A DNA stretch of 63,996 nt, the filler included, from Octopus bimaculoides (taxonomy: Eukaryota), in the NCBI RefSeq assembly GCF_001194135.2. It is 4 parts of 3 records of this genome, joined end to end, with 100 filler letters (N's around TTAATTAATTAA, not from the genome) between each part and the next. Parts side by side here need not be neighbours in the genome. Positions count along the whole stretch, not along the records: positions 1 to 28,552 come from NC_068981.1; 3 more parts are not named here. The stretch is one strand, 5' to 3'. Positions 1 to 12,999 of this stretch are shown here, piece by piece (positions within the stretch are counted from its first letter, which is position 1; each line of letters starts with the position of its first letter). Made by a program: the position numbers and the translations under genes. The notes under the pieces are model-generated. The model saw only the letters and a list, made by a program, of their open reading frames with translations. It ran no database searches and was not told where the DNA came from.

Positions 1-45
<45 letters not shown>
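1..45. repeat. (TG)n microsatellite
   Basis: Pure TG run at window start. Confidence 0.98.
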
Positions 46-48
<3 letters not shown>

Positions 49-405
49 CATGTATAGGTATATATTATTAATTTACGAGAACTGAGAGATTTATATTTCC
101 CGTTATACTCTGAAGTATATAAGTTCTATCCATTTCTGCACCTACATTTGTTTCTTTTACAACTCAGTGCAATGTACAAGATTTGGCATCCTGATGTGCA
201 ATTCGGTGTTAATTGCAGCTTCCTCAGGGTGCTATAAGCAGCATTTCAGATTCCATACGAAATGAATACTTAAGTATATAAATTAAAGAAGTAATCATCC
301 TACAAGCATCCTATAATTTCTGATTAAGTACTTCTCAAAATAAATAATAATAATAAAAGGAATATATATATATATATATATTTGTGTATATATATTTGTG
401 TGTGA

Positions 406-3339
406 GGTATATGTGGCTCATTAGCTGTGGTGAAGTCAATTCTTCTAGGAGAGAGACACTCTGACATAAAACCAGGTCATGGTGATGATAGTCCTTTAAC
501 GGGCTGCTCTGTGAAGACCATGAGTGCTAATGGGGCCGACTGGGCTCCTCTTTTGAAACGAAGCCGTGATTAGGAAAACCAATACATGGGCATAAAGCTC
601 TGAATTCAAATTGGATTACAACTGCTGGCTTGCAGTATTTTTTTTTGTTTTTGAGGAAAAGATTAGGAGAAGATACTCCGATATAAACCTGCAGTCAACT
701 TAGTACTCGTCACCTTGCTTTTCTGTTCCCTAGAATCTACTATTTTGACCCAGAGTGTGGCAAAATTGTTCTACAATGAAGTACAATGTCCCCGAAAATC
801 AAATTACCATCAACGTGCAATCATCACTTTCCAAAAGTGCTATGGTGATAGTGGCGTTGCAACGTAAGCAGACTTGAGCAGTTGGAAGCATACAGTTACA
901 AATCTGCATATAAGGCATAAGGCAGCAGGTTTCTTATCTCAACATGGCAAATATGTTTTCATGGACAGGAACTGTTTTCGGTAGAGAATCCTGTGTCTGA
1001 GCAGCAGATTTAAGGAGAACACTCCTCACGTGAATATACTGGGAAGGTCGTACAAAAGGTGCACTAAAAATTGTCTGTCCTCTCTCTGCTGGTTAGTTTA
1101 CTACAGCTAACGATGAATCAGGTTAACAGGAATGACAAAGAATTCATATAAACCATGATAACAACTATGCAAGGAATAAGATTTCTCTTGACCTGGCACG
1201 TTGGAATGTGAGAACTCTTTTAGATCGTCAGATAGGCTTGAAAGAAGAAAAGCTCTAGTAACTATGGATCAAAGGCGTCTTAATGCTGATATTCCAGCTC
1301 TTTCTGAAATAAGATGTTCAGATGAAGAGCATCTTGTCGAAAGAGCGGCCCGTTTTACAGTATTCTGGGTTGGGAAGCCAACGTGAGAGAAATTTAAAGG
1401 GGTTTGCAATTAGAAGTGATTTGTAAAAGACCTAGAGCAACCACAAATCATAAATATACGCGTAATGAAACGTCGGATCCCACTTTCTTGTGAACGTTTT
1501 GTAACTGTTGTCTCCATTTATGCTCCTACACTTTAAACGAGTGAAAAAAATATCAATGCATTTCATGAGGAGCTTAGAAAAAGTATTGTGTCAGTCTCTT
1601 TGAATGAGAAATTGGTTGTGCTTGGTGAACTTAATACACGTGTTGGTAGAGACTATGTTGATTGGAATGTACTTTGACGTTATGGAACAGGAAATGGGAA
1701 CATCAATTGGTTGCATCTGTTACAATTGTGCTCTGAGCTTGGGTTGATCGTTGGGAATACTTTCTTTCATCAGATGAAACTTAAGGCTATCTGGATTCAG
1801 CCAATATCAAAGCAAAGTCACATAAATGACTTTGTATTAACACGGAAAGCTGACTAACAAGATTTGTGCAGTCTAAGAGTATTGCAACGTGCTGATTGTG
1901 ATACCGATCACAAAATTGTTAGGGCCAAGTTCAAGTCCAGGGTCCGTAAGAAGATTCGTAGTGCAGGTGTATGAGTACCAAAGAAAATTTATGTAGAGCG
2001 GCCAAAACAACCATAAGGTTTGCAGGCAGCAATGTACATTTTGAAGGTTCATGGTAATATTTCCTTGATAGAATATATAAAATGGGATTAGATGTGTTAG
2101 GTTTTGAGAGGATACAACACCGAGACTGGTTTGATTCCAATGATACAGTGATAAATGAGCTTTTACCAACAAGGAGGTACACTCATGAAAAGCGTCTTGA
2201 CACAAACGTCAAGAACAAATTGCAAGTAGTAAAGTTATATAAGTCTCAGAAATCAGGCTTACAAAAAGAACACAGTTGGTAGAGGAATGTGTCTGAGAAA
2301 GTACGGGCAGCCTATGACAAGCAAGTCGATGACACCTTCGTTTACCTAGGAAGCATGCTGTCAAGAGATGGCAGTCTTGATGCAGAGATATACTATCGAA
2401 TTATCGAATAGGGAAGGGAAGCGTTGCATTTGGAAAGCTCGTAAAACGAGTATGGGTGGATAAAAGAATTTCCCTGCTGATAAAAATCGGTGTCTATAAA
2501 GCGTGTATATTATCTGTACTACTTTCTTCAAGTAAAACATGGACCACTTACAAACGTCATATAAAAATACTGGAGAGAGTTCATCAAAAGTGCCACAGAG
2601 GTATCTTAGAAATCAAGTGGGAATGTGTCATACCATATACAAAGGTTTTGCGCATAGCACGTTGTAACTCAATTCAACAGCGTGTTATCTTGTCTTCAAC
2701 GAGATGGACTGGATATGTTATTAGAATGAAAGATGAGCTTTTGCCAAAGCGTCTTTCCTTTATGGTGAGCTCAACTCTGGAATAAAAACCGTGTGAAAGA
2801 AACTCTGAAGAAACTAGATATGAACAAATGTGATAGGGATGCTCTAGATCGGAACAAGTGGAGAAGTGCTGTTAGGCTATTTGCAATGCTGTGGAGGAAA
2901 AGGGCCAGTCGCAAAAGAGCAATTAGAACTGTAATCAACAGTGAACACTGGATATGTATTATATATGACCATGTTCTGTTGTCAAAAGCAGGATACGAGA
3001 AGCATATGAAGTCATATGAAAATCGTAACGCCCAGATAGGTAATTATCTTGGACACCAACTACCTCTTACGACTTGTATCCTATGTCAAAAAACTTGTAA
3101 GACAATATCTGGACTTAAAAGACGTATGATAGTTCACAAAAGCATTCCTTCAGAATCAAATTCGAAAGGGCAAAGATATAGAAGAAACCTGAATAATATC
3201 TGTCACTTGTGTTTTAAACCCTCTCAGCAGCTAGTCTTTAAAGCCATCTAATGGCTCATCAAAGGAGTGATTGTACTGTGTAATTGGGTGTGATGTGTAT
3301 ATTGATGGGCAGGCTATTATCTCTCAAGATGAAGCAATC
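406..3339 (+). mobile_element. Degraded RTE-clade (BovB-like) LINE with internal deletion of the RT core
   Basis: APE endonuclease motifs from 1193 (LARWNVRTLLD, then frameshift to ...RLNADIPALSEIR...FTVFWVGKP; later VLGELNTRVGRD, GNTFFHQ, DCDTDHKIVRAK). At ~2322 it jumps to the post-RT region (VDDTFVYLGSMLSRDGSLDAEI; LLSSSKTWTTYKRHIKILERVHQKCHRGILEIKW; RWTGYVIRMKDELLPK). C-terminal C2H2-like motifs (CILCQKTCKTISGLKRRMIVH). Ends in a CA/TA/TG microsatellite. The 5' boundary is approximate. Confidence 0.88.
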
Positions 3340-3345
3340 ACACAC

Positions 3346-3417
<72 letters not shown>
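3340..3417. repeat. (CA)(TA)(TG)n microsatellite at LINE 3' end, running into a gap
   Basis: Direct sequence. Confidence 0.95.
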
Positions 3418-3885
3418 NNNNNNNNNNNNNNNNNNNNNNNNNNNNNNNNNNNNNNNNNNNNNNNNNNNNNNNNNNNNNNNNNNNNNNNNNNNNNNNNNNN
3501 NNNNNNNNNNNNNNNNNNNNNNNNNNNNNNNNNNNNNNNNNNNNNNNNNNNNNNNNNNNNNNNNNNNNNNNNNNNNNNNNNNNNNNNNNNNNNNNNNNNN
3601 NNNNNNNNNNNNNNNNNNNNNNNNNNNNNNNNNNNNNNNNNNNNNNNNNNNNNNNNNNNNNNNNNNNNNNNNNNNNNNNNNNTAAATGATCTCACATGCG
3701 ATATGGATGTTTGAGGTTGGCTGTATCTATAGGCAACTTCTTACATAAACCTGTCAGTCAAATGCGTGTTACAAATGCAGTTTCCCGGCATATCACTATA
3801 TCTAAGCAAATATGTTTTCCCCTTTTGTTCTTTGTAGACGTGCTGAAATTATGAATAGTTGAAGAGGCGGTCATGACTCATTAAA

Positions 3886-3929
<44 letters not shown>

Positions 3930-5998
3930 TATCATATGTATGTAAGAACAACAAAGTCCCATCCACTTTATTAATTCCCAGTTTACTTTTTGACACTTTT
4001 AAATTTGACTGCCATGTGTCAAGTCCGGAATTGTTCACATTAATATAAACAAAATAATTCCAATAAAAGCGATCCATGTTTTAAGAATTGTCTCTCATTT
4101 CAGATTGAGGACCAATATTCGTCATTAAACAATAAAAAAAGAAAATGAACTTTAATGTAACGGCTGATAAAATAATGCTAGAATTCCTGTGAAATTTAAA
4201 ACCTTTTATTGAAAATATTCCCATTCAATAAATTAAATAAATGTATGAAGATTTGCAATAAATATTTCTTTTTTCATGTGTAAGGATGCTTAGCTAGAAC
4301 GGCTTAACATATTGGAAACTTTAGAAAAAAAAAAGAGTTAATTAAAATGTTTTCGTAGAAAAGGAAATCGCTTTGTAGGAGCGAATTTAGATTTCTTTCC
4401 CAAACAAGAAATATACTTTATTGATATTTAAATATCTGAGCAGTGTTTTGCTTTCTTTTCTGGTTTAATTTGTTTTCTACAATACGTTTGCGATTTTGAA
4501 GGTAACCCGAATCTTTTTATCATCTATGTTTCTTTTTCTATCAAAGTTTACTTTAATTTCTCGTGAGCATTCTCCGGTCGTTGCTCAACATCATTATCTA
4601 GGCATTACGTTTGACATGTAATACTTTCTTTTCCAGTAGTTCTAGCATTTTCGTAGGAGAGCCATGTTATTCATGGCAATCTTTTAAAGTCAAACGGTAA
4701 AACAATGTTTATCACATCGCATTTGATGAATACAAACTAGAATCAAACTACCTCGAAATTCTCGGCTCTAATTACTTTCATTCACATTGTTTGACATTCA
4801 TTTCAGTGGAGAATTATCTATTCGATTTCATAACCAAACTTGACTAAGTTTCAAAGTATCACATTGTCTTGAAATACATCCACTATCCTGTTATAGCAGC
4901 AGATTTCAAGAATGCTTTTGTCATGCAACCCTCCTTTTTGACAGGCTCTCAGTTATGGCCCACATTTCGGTTCACATCGGTTGACAGATCTTAATTTGCC
5001 AGCGACTGCATCATGCAAAGGCGAGGATGATTATTTTTTTATGTTTTCATAATTTCTACATATATCAAACTTCTACTCTTTGTATGAAATTGGTTCATTA
5101 ACAACCTGTCTAATTTACACTTTCAAAGTTAAATGAGCATCTCTAACTGACAATGTGAACTTGATCAATTATATATGCAGTTTGAAATTCAAAGACACTG
5201 CATATTCTAGGTATATAAGAAGAGATCTTGTTTCATCTACTACCTAATATTGTAATGAATTACGTCTTTTTTTTATAATCCGAGCAGGTCATTAATGTGA
5301 ATTTGTTCTTTACTACTCTGGCCCATTTTCTATTAAAATTTCTTTTAACCCAACTGAAAATCTGCGTGCGCAAAGAGACTATCTAGTATTATATTAATGA
5401 CTTAGCCGTCATTCGAGGAGTAGAATTATTATTTATCAGTTCCGAAGCAGAATTCTTGGCCACTTTGACCAGTGACCATTTAATATTCACTAATATTTTA
5501 ATATGGGATAGAATAAAACTAGTTTTGGGCCGGTTGTATATCTTCTTCCAATGTGTGGTTCCCTGTTCCTTGTTTACATGTGTTCAAGAAAATCATAGGC
5601 AATATATTCTACTACCTACACTAACATAATCACTCTTCTCTTTATAAGTGGTTATTAATTTCATTGTTTCAAATTCATGCCTCTGGCTATTCTGATAATG
5701 AAATATTTAAACCGAAACATCTCTTTAAATAATGTAATTATGAACATTACTGGTCCACTACTATATTTACAAATAAATGATTTTTTCCAGTTTATATTTT
5801 ATAACGGTCTCTCTGTAGATTACATCCACCACACATATACAAATATCTAATCCTTAAAAAAGTAATACATCCCTTAAAATCCATAGATGTTTCTGAAACT
5901 CTGTCAATATCGAAACTGTTACTAGTACTTTAGAAAAAGATACTACAAAATTGTCTACTTCTTTTAAAATAACTCTGACAATATATGCAATTCATAAC

Positions 5999-6130
5999 AT
6001 TCACACACACTCACACACACACACACACACACACATGCAGACACACACAAACACACACACATACACACGCACATACATTCACGCACACGCACACACACGC
6101 ACACACATACACACACACACACGCACGCTA
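5999..6130. repeat. Interrupted (CA)n microsatellite
   Basis: Direct sequence. Confidence 0.9.
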
Positions 6131-7434
6131 ACACTCACAAATATCAATTGTCAGGCAATCGTCATTTCCTTAATAGTAAATACGTAGTCATAAAAAAGTT
6201 TCTTATACCGTAAATGTACTATTTTCTCTTTAGAAATTAATTTATCTGTGTTGGGAAAGATGTGAACGTTTTGTTTTATTGTTTTGTGTGATAGCTTTTT
6301 CCGTTAAAAAAAAAGAACACATAAACTCCCTTAATGTTGTAAAAAGATTCGACATTTTATAGCTCCTAATTCAGATGTTAAGAGGTTTTCTTCCTTTCTT
6401 TCATTTACTTATATTTTTTTCTGCCGTAATACAGACAATGTAATCGTTATCCGTTTCATGTACGAATTAACAATGGCGGTGTTTTGTCATAATCAAGTAG
6501 ACGTGAATGAGACAAATAACCACCAGAGTCATTTCAATTTACTAGTGATAATTCAGACACCGTATGTTTTTAAAATTATTTATAGCTTTAAAATATATTA
6601 TTCATAATTTTAAATATTAAACAGGAAATAAGAAGGAATGATGAAGTATTTTACCTCAATATTTCTTAGTGGTGTGTTGATGTTTAAAAAATATATTAAT
6701 TCTCTTATTGGATCCATTATTCACACAAATAAAAGAAAATGTTTTCTTTTTATGTGCTTATATGTCATCATATTTGTAGGTACTTTTCAGGAATTCTCAA
6801 ATAATACAAAATGTATTGGACATATTACCATTTAGATACATTTTAAATACTTACGAATAATTTCAGTTTCACTTTTATGATTGATGGTTCAACGATTAAA
6901 TCCTCCTTACTGTTATTTCAAAATGTTTTTAAACATATGTAGACACTCCTAGAATATAATGACAATAACGTTTCATTCCACACGCAATTCATTTAACCAG
7001 TTTGTTAGAGCTCCAATATATTTGCGTGTTTTACAAGATAAGTAAAGGGAAGCCAATCACTTGCTAAAATTGCGTGCGTTATCGAAGAATCAATTGATTA
7101 ACATGTTTTATGTACTATAAATTCATATACTATCACCAAATTATATTGCTGATACTAACTTCAATAATCAGTTGAGCCATTAAATTACTCATATCTAACA
7201 TACGTGTCAGATATTTACAAATGTAAGTAAATCACAACACTTAGCTTTAAGGAATATAATTAATCGATTTTCTTGTTCATGATTTCCTTGTTTTCATGTA
7301 GCAAAACTATGTTACAAACATCATCGCCTCTTAAATACCGAAGTATTGAACTGATAATACATTATTTCGTTTTCTTTAAAATTATGCACCATAGTATAAT
7401 ATTCAAAATCCATCAATTCCAAGACACTTACATT

Positions 7435-7508
7435 CACTTACAAACACATCAAACAATTACAAACACATCAAACACTTACAAACACATCAAACACTTACAA
7501 ACACATCA
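7435..7508. repeat. 19-bp minisatellite, about 3.8 units (CACTTACAAACACATCAAA)
   Basis: Unit repeats at 7435, 7454, 7473 and partially at 7492. Confidence 0.9.
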
Positions 7509-8787
7509 GTTTCCAAATCTCATTTTTAATAATACATGTCGAAACTTATGGCGAAATTAAAATAGATGAGTTTGAAAATAGGAAATTATTATTATTTCCG
7601 TTATTTCTGATAAAATTATTATTATTATTATTATTATTCTGATAACATTATCATTTCTGATAAAATTCATTCATATACATGTGTGAATGTTCGATCTGAA
7701 TTTTGCATCACGCGGAATATCATATACACAAGTTACTGTAGAGTTAGTATTAATGGTTTACATATAATGAATTTATGTATCGTATGGTTAGTAGATAGCA
7801 TTTGAAAGTTAACGATAAAATCTTGAGAGAAATATTAATGTAGCTGTGAAGACATAGGAATATAAAAATAGAAACCCTATCGAATGATATTGTCAAAAAT
7901 ATAAAGATTAAAATAATTAAAAAAATACGCACACACATACAGACCCACACCTATATTTGTATTTATATGCATATGTACTTACATACACAAGCATTTAATA
8001 TGTGTGTGCATGTGTGTATGTGTGTGTGTGTGTGTGAGTGGATGTGCGCGCGCACGTATGCAAAGCGTCTAAAACACTTGCGTGTATATGTAAATGTAAA
8101 ATAATACCTAGGTTAGCGCAGCTACGTTTAACGCTCGCACACTCTTGAACTGATCTTATTCGAGTAAACATTTCCATACGATAGCACTTTGATATTTTAA
8201 TCACTAATGTTAACCGAGGGAGTGCATGAGTTATAAATATTCCATTTGGGTGTATACATTTATATATTTATATATCTTTAAAATACTTTTCATTTTATTA
8301 AATACTTCTAAGAAAATTCGCTATGCAGAATATTGTAAAGAAATTGAAATAATTTTGCAGACTTCACCTCACTAGAAGTTTGATATTTACTTATTGTAAC
8401 ATTTTTTCAAGAAAATGTAACTGAATTTCATGTGTGCTCATCTCACTCATATTTTTTCAGTAATTTCTTTTTGACATGCTGTCCGCTGTTCTTATATTTT
8501 ATGCGTTCGCTTTAGTCAGACTCTCACTAACTCTCTCCTGTTTTTGATTTGACCTTACAAATACATTCCCTACTTTTAGGTCACTTTAAATAAAACCCTT
8601 GATTTAATTGCACTGTGTACAAACTCTATACTTGGAATGACCAATTTTAAATACTATTGGATTTTACTCACAACGTATTGGAATCTTATATGTGTGCCAT
8701 TCTACCTAAATAATGGATGTACAAATGTAATATCCCTCTTTATCTCAAATCTATTTTCGTTCCACCACTTCACTCTCTATTTCGTAT

Positions 8788-8827
8788 CTTATCTAAATTA
8801 ACTATTGCTTATCTAAATTAACTATTG
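8788..8827. repeat. Perfect 20-bp tandem duplication (CTTATCTAAATTAACTATTG x2)
   Basis: Direct sequence. Confidence 0.92.
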
Positions 8828-8948
8828 CATTTTCTCACACCGAAGAAGGGATATAATAACTATCCTGAAAACAGCTCTAAGACCTTCTATTTATACATTT
8901 TCTAAAATCTTCACAGCCTTGGCCTTTTATCTCATTCTAAAAACAAAT

Positions 8949-9072
<124 letters not shown>

Positions 9073-9092
9073 TAAATACAAATATTAATAAC

Positions 9093-9770
9093 GCAGCAGA
9101 CTTCGCTACTGACCGCCTGTCTGAATGATTAGTTACCTAAATTCAGTTGAATACATCCACTGGTTTTCAAAGATAGCAATATTACTATATCTAAGTCTCT
9201 CTAAAGGAGACTACAGCAGAGGTACTCTATATTAATATTTATTGTCAAGCTTGCATGCCAGTCCAGAAAAAATAGGATGAATGTGGCGGTTGTTTAGCTC
9301 CAAGAGGCGATCACCTCTAGCTAAATATGTGACCATTATAACCTTTGAAAAGGGGAAGTCAGCCACTTCCCCTTGCTGGACTAGCTTCTACAGACTAGTT
9401 TCAGGGTATTTTCCCCGAATCAATGTAGAGCAGTCGAACCTAGCAGCCGTCGTTACTGACCGCCTGTTCGAAGGATTATTTACCTAAATTCAGTGGAATG
9501 CATCGAATGGTTTTCAAAAATATAAATATTAATATTTCTAAATCTCTCTAAAGGAGACTACGGTAGCGGTGCTTGATATAACTAGTTATTTCCAAGCTAA
9601 CATGGCAGTCCAGAAAAATAGGAGGAATGCTGTCGTTGATTAGCTCCAAAAGGCCATCGCCTCTAGCTAGCTACGTGGCACACGAGCCCGTGTCTGCTAT
9701 AACCTTTGAACAGGGGAGATCAGCCGTTTCCCCTTGTTGGTCTGACATCTACAGACAAGTTTCAGGGTAT
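9093..9770. repeat. Diverged tandem duplication, unit about 350 bp
   Basis: Copies at 9093-9409 and 9443-9770 share ordered anchors ACTGACCGCCTG, TACCTAAATTCAGT, TCTCTCTAAAGGAGACTAC, CAGTCCAGAAAAA, CCTCTAGCTA, ATAACCTTTGAA, TCTACAGAC and TTTCAGGGTAT. Confidence 0.9.
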
Positions 9771-10094
9771 ACCAAATATCTATACAGATTTTCCTTTTTC
9801 TGAAGTGTGTATGCATTTTGGGGCGGTCCCTGTATGTGTGTCAATTTATATTAGTGTGTGTCTATGTATGTGTATGTGTCTATATATATATAAAGACGCG
9901 TATTGATACACAACACAGACATAGAGTTATAAACGTGAACATTTCTATCTTTAGTTAATGATATGTATATGTGTGTTTGCGTGTTTCTGTGCCTGATTCA
10001 TGCATATAGACATTCTATGACTTCTATGCGATGAATGTCATATTTTCAAAATACTAAACATTCGATTCTTTCAAGCATTTTGCATCAAAATATA

Positions 10095-10184
10095 CTCGGT
10101 TGTTGTGGTTGTTAATATACATGCTCTCGGTTGTTGTGGTTGTTAACATACATGCTCTCGGTTGTTTTGTTTGTTACCATACAT
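10095..10184. repeat. 31-bp minisatellite x3
   Basis: CTCGGTTGTTGTGGTTGTTAA(C/T)ATACATGCT units start at 10095, 10126 and 10157. Confidence 0.9.
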
Positions 10185-12489
10185 TTGAATATATATTGCC
10201 CCAAGCTTGCATGAATAACTAATTACGTTGTAGATTACGAAGATAGAAGTATATGTAAAATATTCTGGCTTTGCTTCAAATGAATTCGTTTGTGTGTGCG
10301 TGTGAGCACGCGCCAGTACACTTATTTATATACATATTTGCGCTTTAACATTAGTCTGTCTTTGTCAATTGGCATAAACGTGTGCTTGTATGTATATTGT
10401 AGCGTGTGTGTATGCGTATTTATAATTTTACTCTCTAACTTTTAAGAAATAATAATTTAATACATTTAAATCAGACGCATGAATTTTTCTATCTGAAGCA
10501 GCGCCAGTTATATACATGATATAACATTTGTATACGCGATATACAATTTTTTATAGATATAAAGCACTTGTCGTTCCTTTATCTAGTGCTATCTCTATAT
10601 ATCTTCATAAGACATCTTTATCGTTATATACAATGTATATTATATATGTAATTTTTTACATTTTTATATCAAACAACTACTGTATTAGAAAATTTAATTT
10701 GCAAAATCTACAATCGTACCAAGAGGTAGTGCTGTTTACAGTTATACGTAGCAAAGAAATAATTTTAATGGCAATTTTCAAACTAGAAAAATTACAAAAA
10801 TAAACAATGGACATGCACACAAATATTATCAACTCAAAGCATTTTGGACTGGACTCAGGTAACTACAATAATCTCATATGTAGGTAGCGTGGTTTCTTTA
10901 AAAAGCAGACACTGTTCAACGATTTGTAACCTATCATGCATATAATTTGCATCACTTCCAGAAGTTTGGCATTACAAGATTTCGACTGCAATCCTTTTCT
11001 GAATATGACGTAATCGCAGATGAATCTCTACTATGTAGATACTGGTGAGTGAAATTTTGACATATCACTAAAGAGATTATGTCGCTGTTAACATGTGCTG
11101 CATTTATATGTGGACACAATTGAATACCATCAATATCAGAATCGTAGAGTATAATGTTAATGAATAATGACACCAAATATTCCCTAATGCTTAGACACGC
11201 TTCAAGAATTAAAGAATCGCACAATATATATTGTAGTTTTGTGAACCTCTTCGATGTTAACGAGAAAATGTAGGATGGAAACTCCAAAACTATTTTCAGA
11301 AAATCTAAATCTTATAGAATACACTATATGTTTCGGAATCCGAACATCACATTGTGCGTCATGTACCACTAAAAACAGCGTTTATATAAACATAAAGTTT
11401 AAAATAACTGCTTAATTAATGTCAGTCTCATGAATGTCTCTCTACTTTCCTGCCGTACAATTGTAGATAACTTACTTTAGTTCTTCCAATCTAAATCTAA
11501 TTTTCTGGAACTTTATACCATGATTCATAATGAAGGAATAAAATAATATTTAAATAGAAATTCCTGTAAAAACGCACCATAAAATTTTAACAATATTCGC
11601 TAATCAACTTACTCTGGCCGCATATCGAACAGGTGTTACAGTTTTATTGGCCAATACCGAAATAGTATAGAAATTGAATGGGTATTGTATAACGAAACTG
11701 TCTCTCAATGGAGAATACTATAAAACATAACATTCTATTCTTCTATGAATATATACATATATGTGCTTTATGAATTTCGTTTGCATATGTAGATGTTTTA
11801 ATTTTTATGTATTTACGTATTTTGTACAAATTCAATTCGTGGAGAAGCACCCTCCACACTCTCAGAGACATATTGATTACTAAAAGTCACTTTCAAGTGA
11901 AAGTGCATAACGAAGAATTGGGGTTGATAAACGAAGTATAGGTAGGGAAACATAAAATATTTTAAAGTAATATATTATGAAGCAAATTATCATGGCGAAC
12001 GCCCTCTTTTCTCGTTATAAACATGATTACTAAGAAAACGTTTGATTTCCTCAAAATATCCGTACTTTTACAGATATTCAATTTTATAATTTCTCTGTTT
12101 GAATTATGTGGTTAATGCTATAACCAAACATACGTCATATAGCACAATAGTTATTCCCGTATTTTGATAACGATAGAAATTCCATCACCAGGTGAAATCA
12201 CACGCACTCAAACACACACTCACACACATTTACACACAAACACACATATACACACGCATATATGCTACACCCACCAACACACACATACACACATGCATAC
12301 ATATATATACACACACAGAAACACACAGACACCCGCATATATACAAGTATACATATGCAGTAGGTCAGATCAATAAGTAACCAGTCTGTTGGCATAGTAA
12401 TGAAGCTAAAGTGCGTAGAATAAAGTTACTTGGGAAACATTGACTTTGCTCTCTGCTGTGCATGTGCAGTAACTTTTAACGTTCTATCT

Positions 12490-12980
12490 CAGTATCACTG
12501 TTTACCGCAGCGCTTCGAAGTAATGTGTGTAAAATGTGATCATCGCATTGACCATGACAGAGAAAGTTGTTAAGGCCATACCTGCTCAGATGCGTACGCA
12601 AAGTTGCAGAAAGCGAATGGAGAGGAGAGTATCAGCCGCACATAAATATACGAGGGTTTCAGGTGTTTCCAAGATGGCCGCAAAAATGTCGATAGTGAGG
12701 AGCGTTCTGGGAACCAGCAAAACTGAGTAAAGCATCACAGATGTGCGTGCAACTGTGAAGGGAAATCATCAAATCTTCATCTGCGAGTTATCGGAAGATG
12801 TGCAGATTAGTTACGGTTTAGTTCAGTCCATAATCACAGGCGATTTAGGTATGGGACTCCTATCTGCCAACTTTGTGCCAAAACTGCTTTCAGCTGACGA
12901 AAATGACAATCGGGTTTCAGTTGCACAAGATCGCCTAGATGGTATCGAGAATGAAGAAAACAGTTTGAAAACTTTGGCAA
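12490..12980 (+). mobile_element. Mariner transposase 5' fragment (HTH region), degraded
   Basis: Translates as AYAKLQKANGEESISRT*IYEGFRCFQDGRKNVDSEERSG...VRATVKGNHQIFICELSEDVQISYGLVQSIITGDLGMGLLSANFVPKLLS. This matches mariner N-terminal motifs (FKEGR.SVED..RSGRP; SAKFVPKLL, the WVPH equivalent). Truncated before the DDD domain. Confidence 0.85.
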
Positions 12981-12999
12981 AATTTGATGCAGATTCTCA

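Noticed and set aside
4637-4697. Strong acceptor followed by a short open frame (SSSIFVGEPCYSWQSFKVKR)
   Set aside because: Weak donor and no supporting homology.
6435-6561. AG...GT-bounded open segment (NVIVIRFMYELTMAVFCHNQ...) and, on the minus strand, a faint cadherin-like LLDYD
   Set aside because: No recognisable homology, no phase-compatible neighbour, and stops flank the LDYD frame. Expected by chance.
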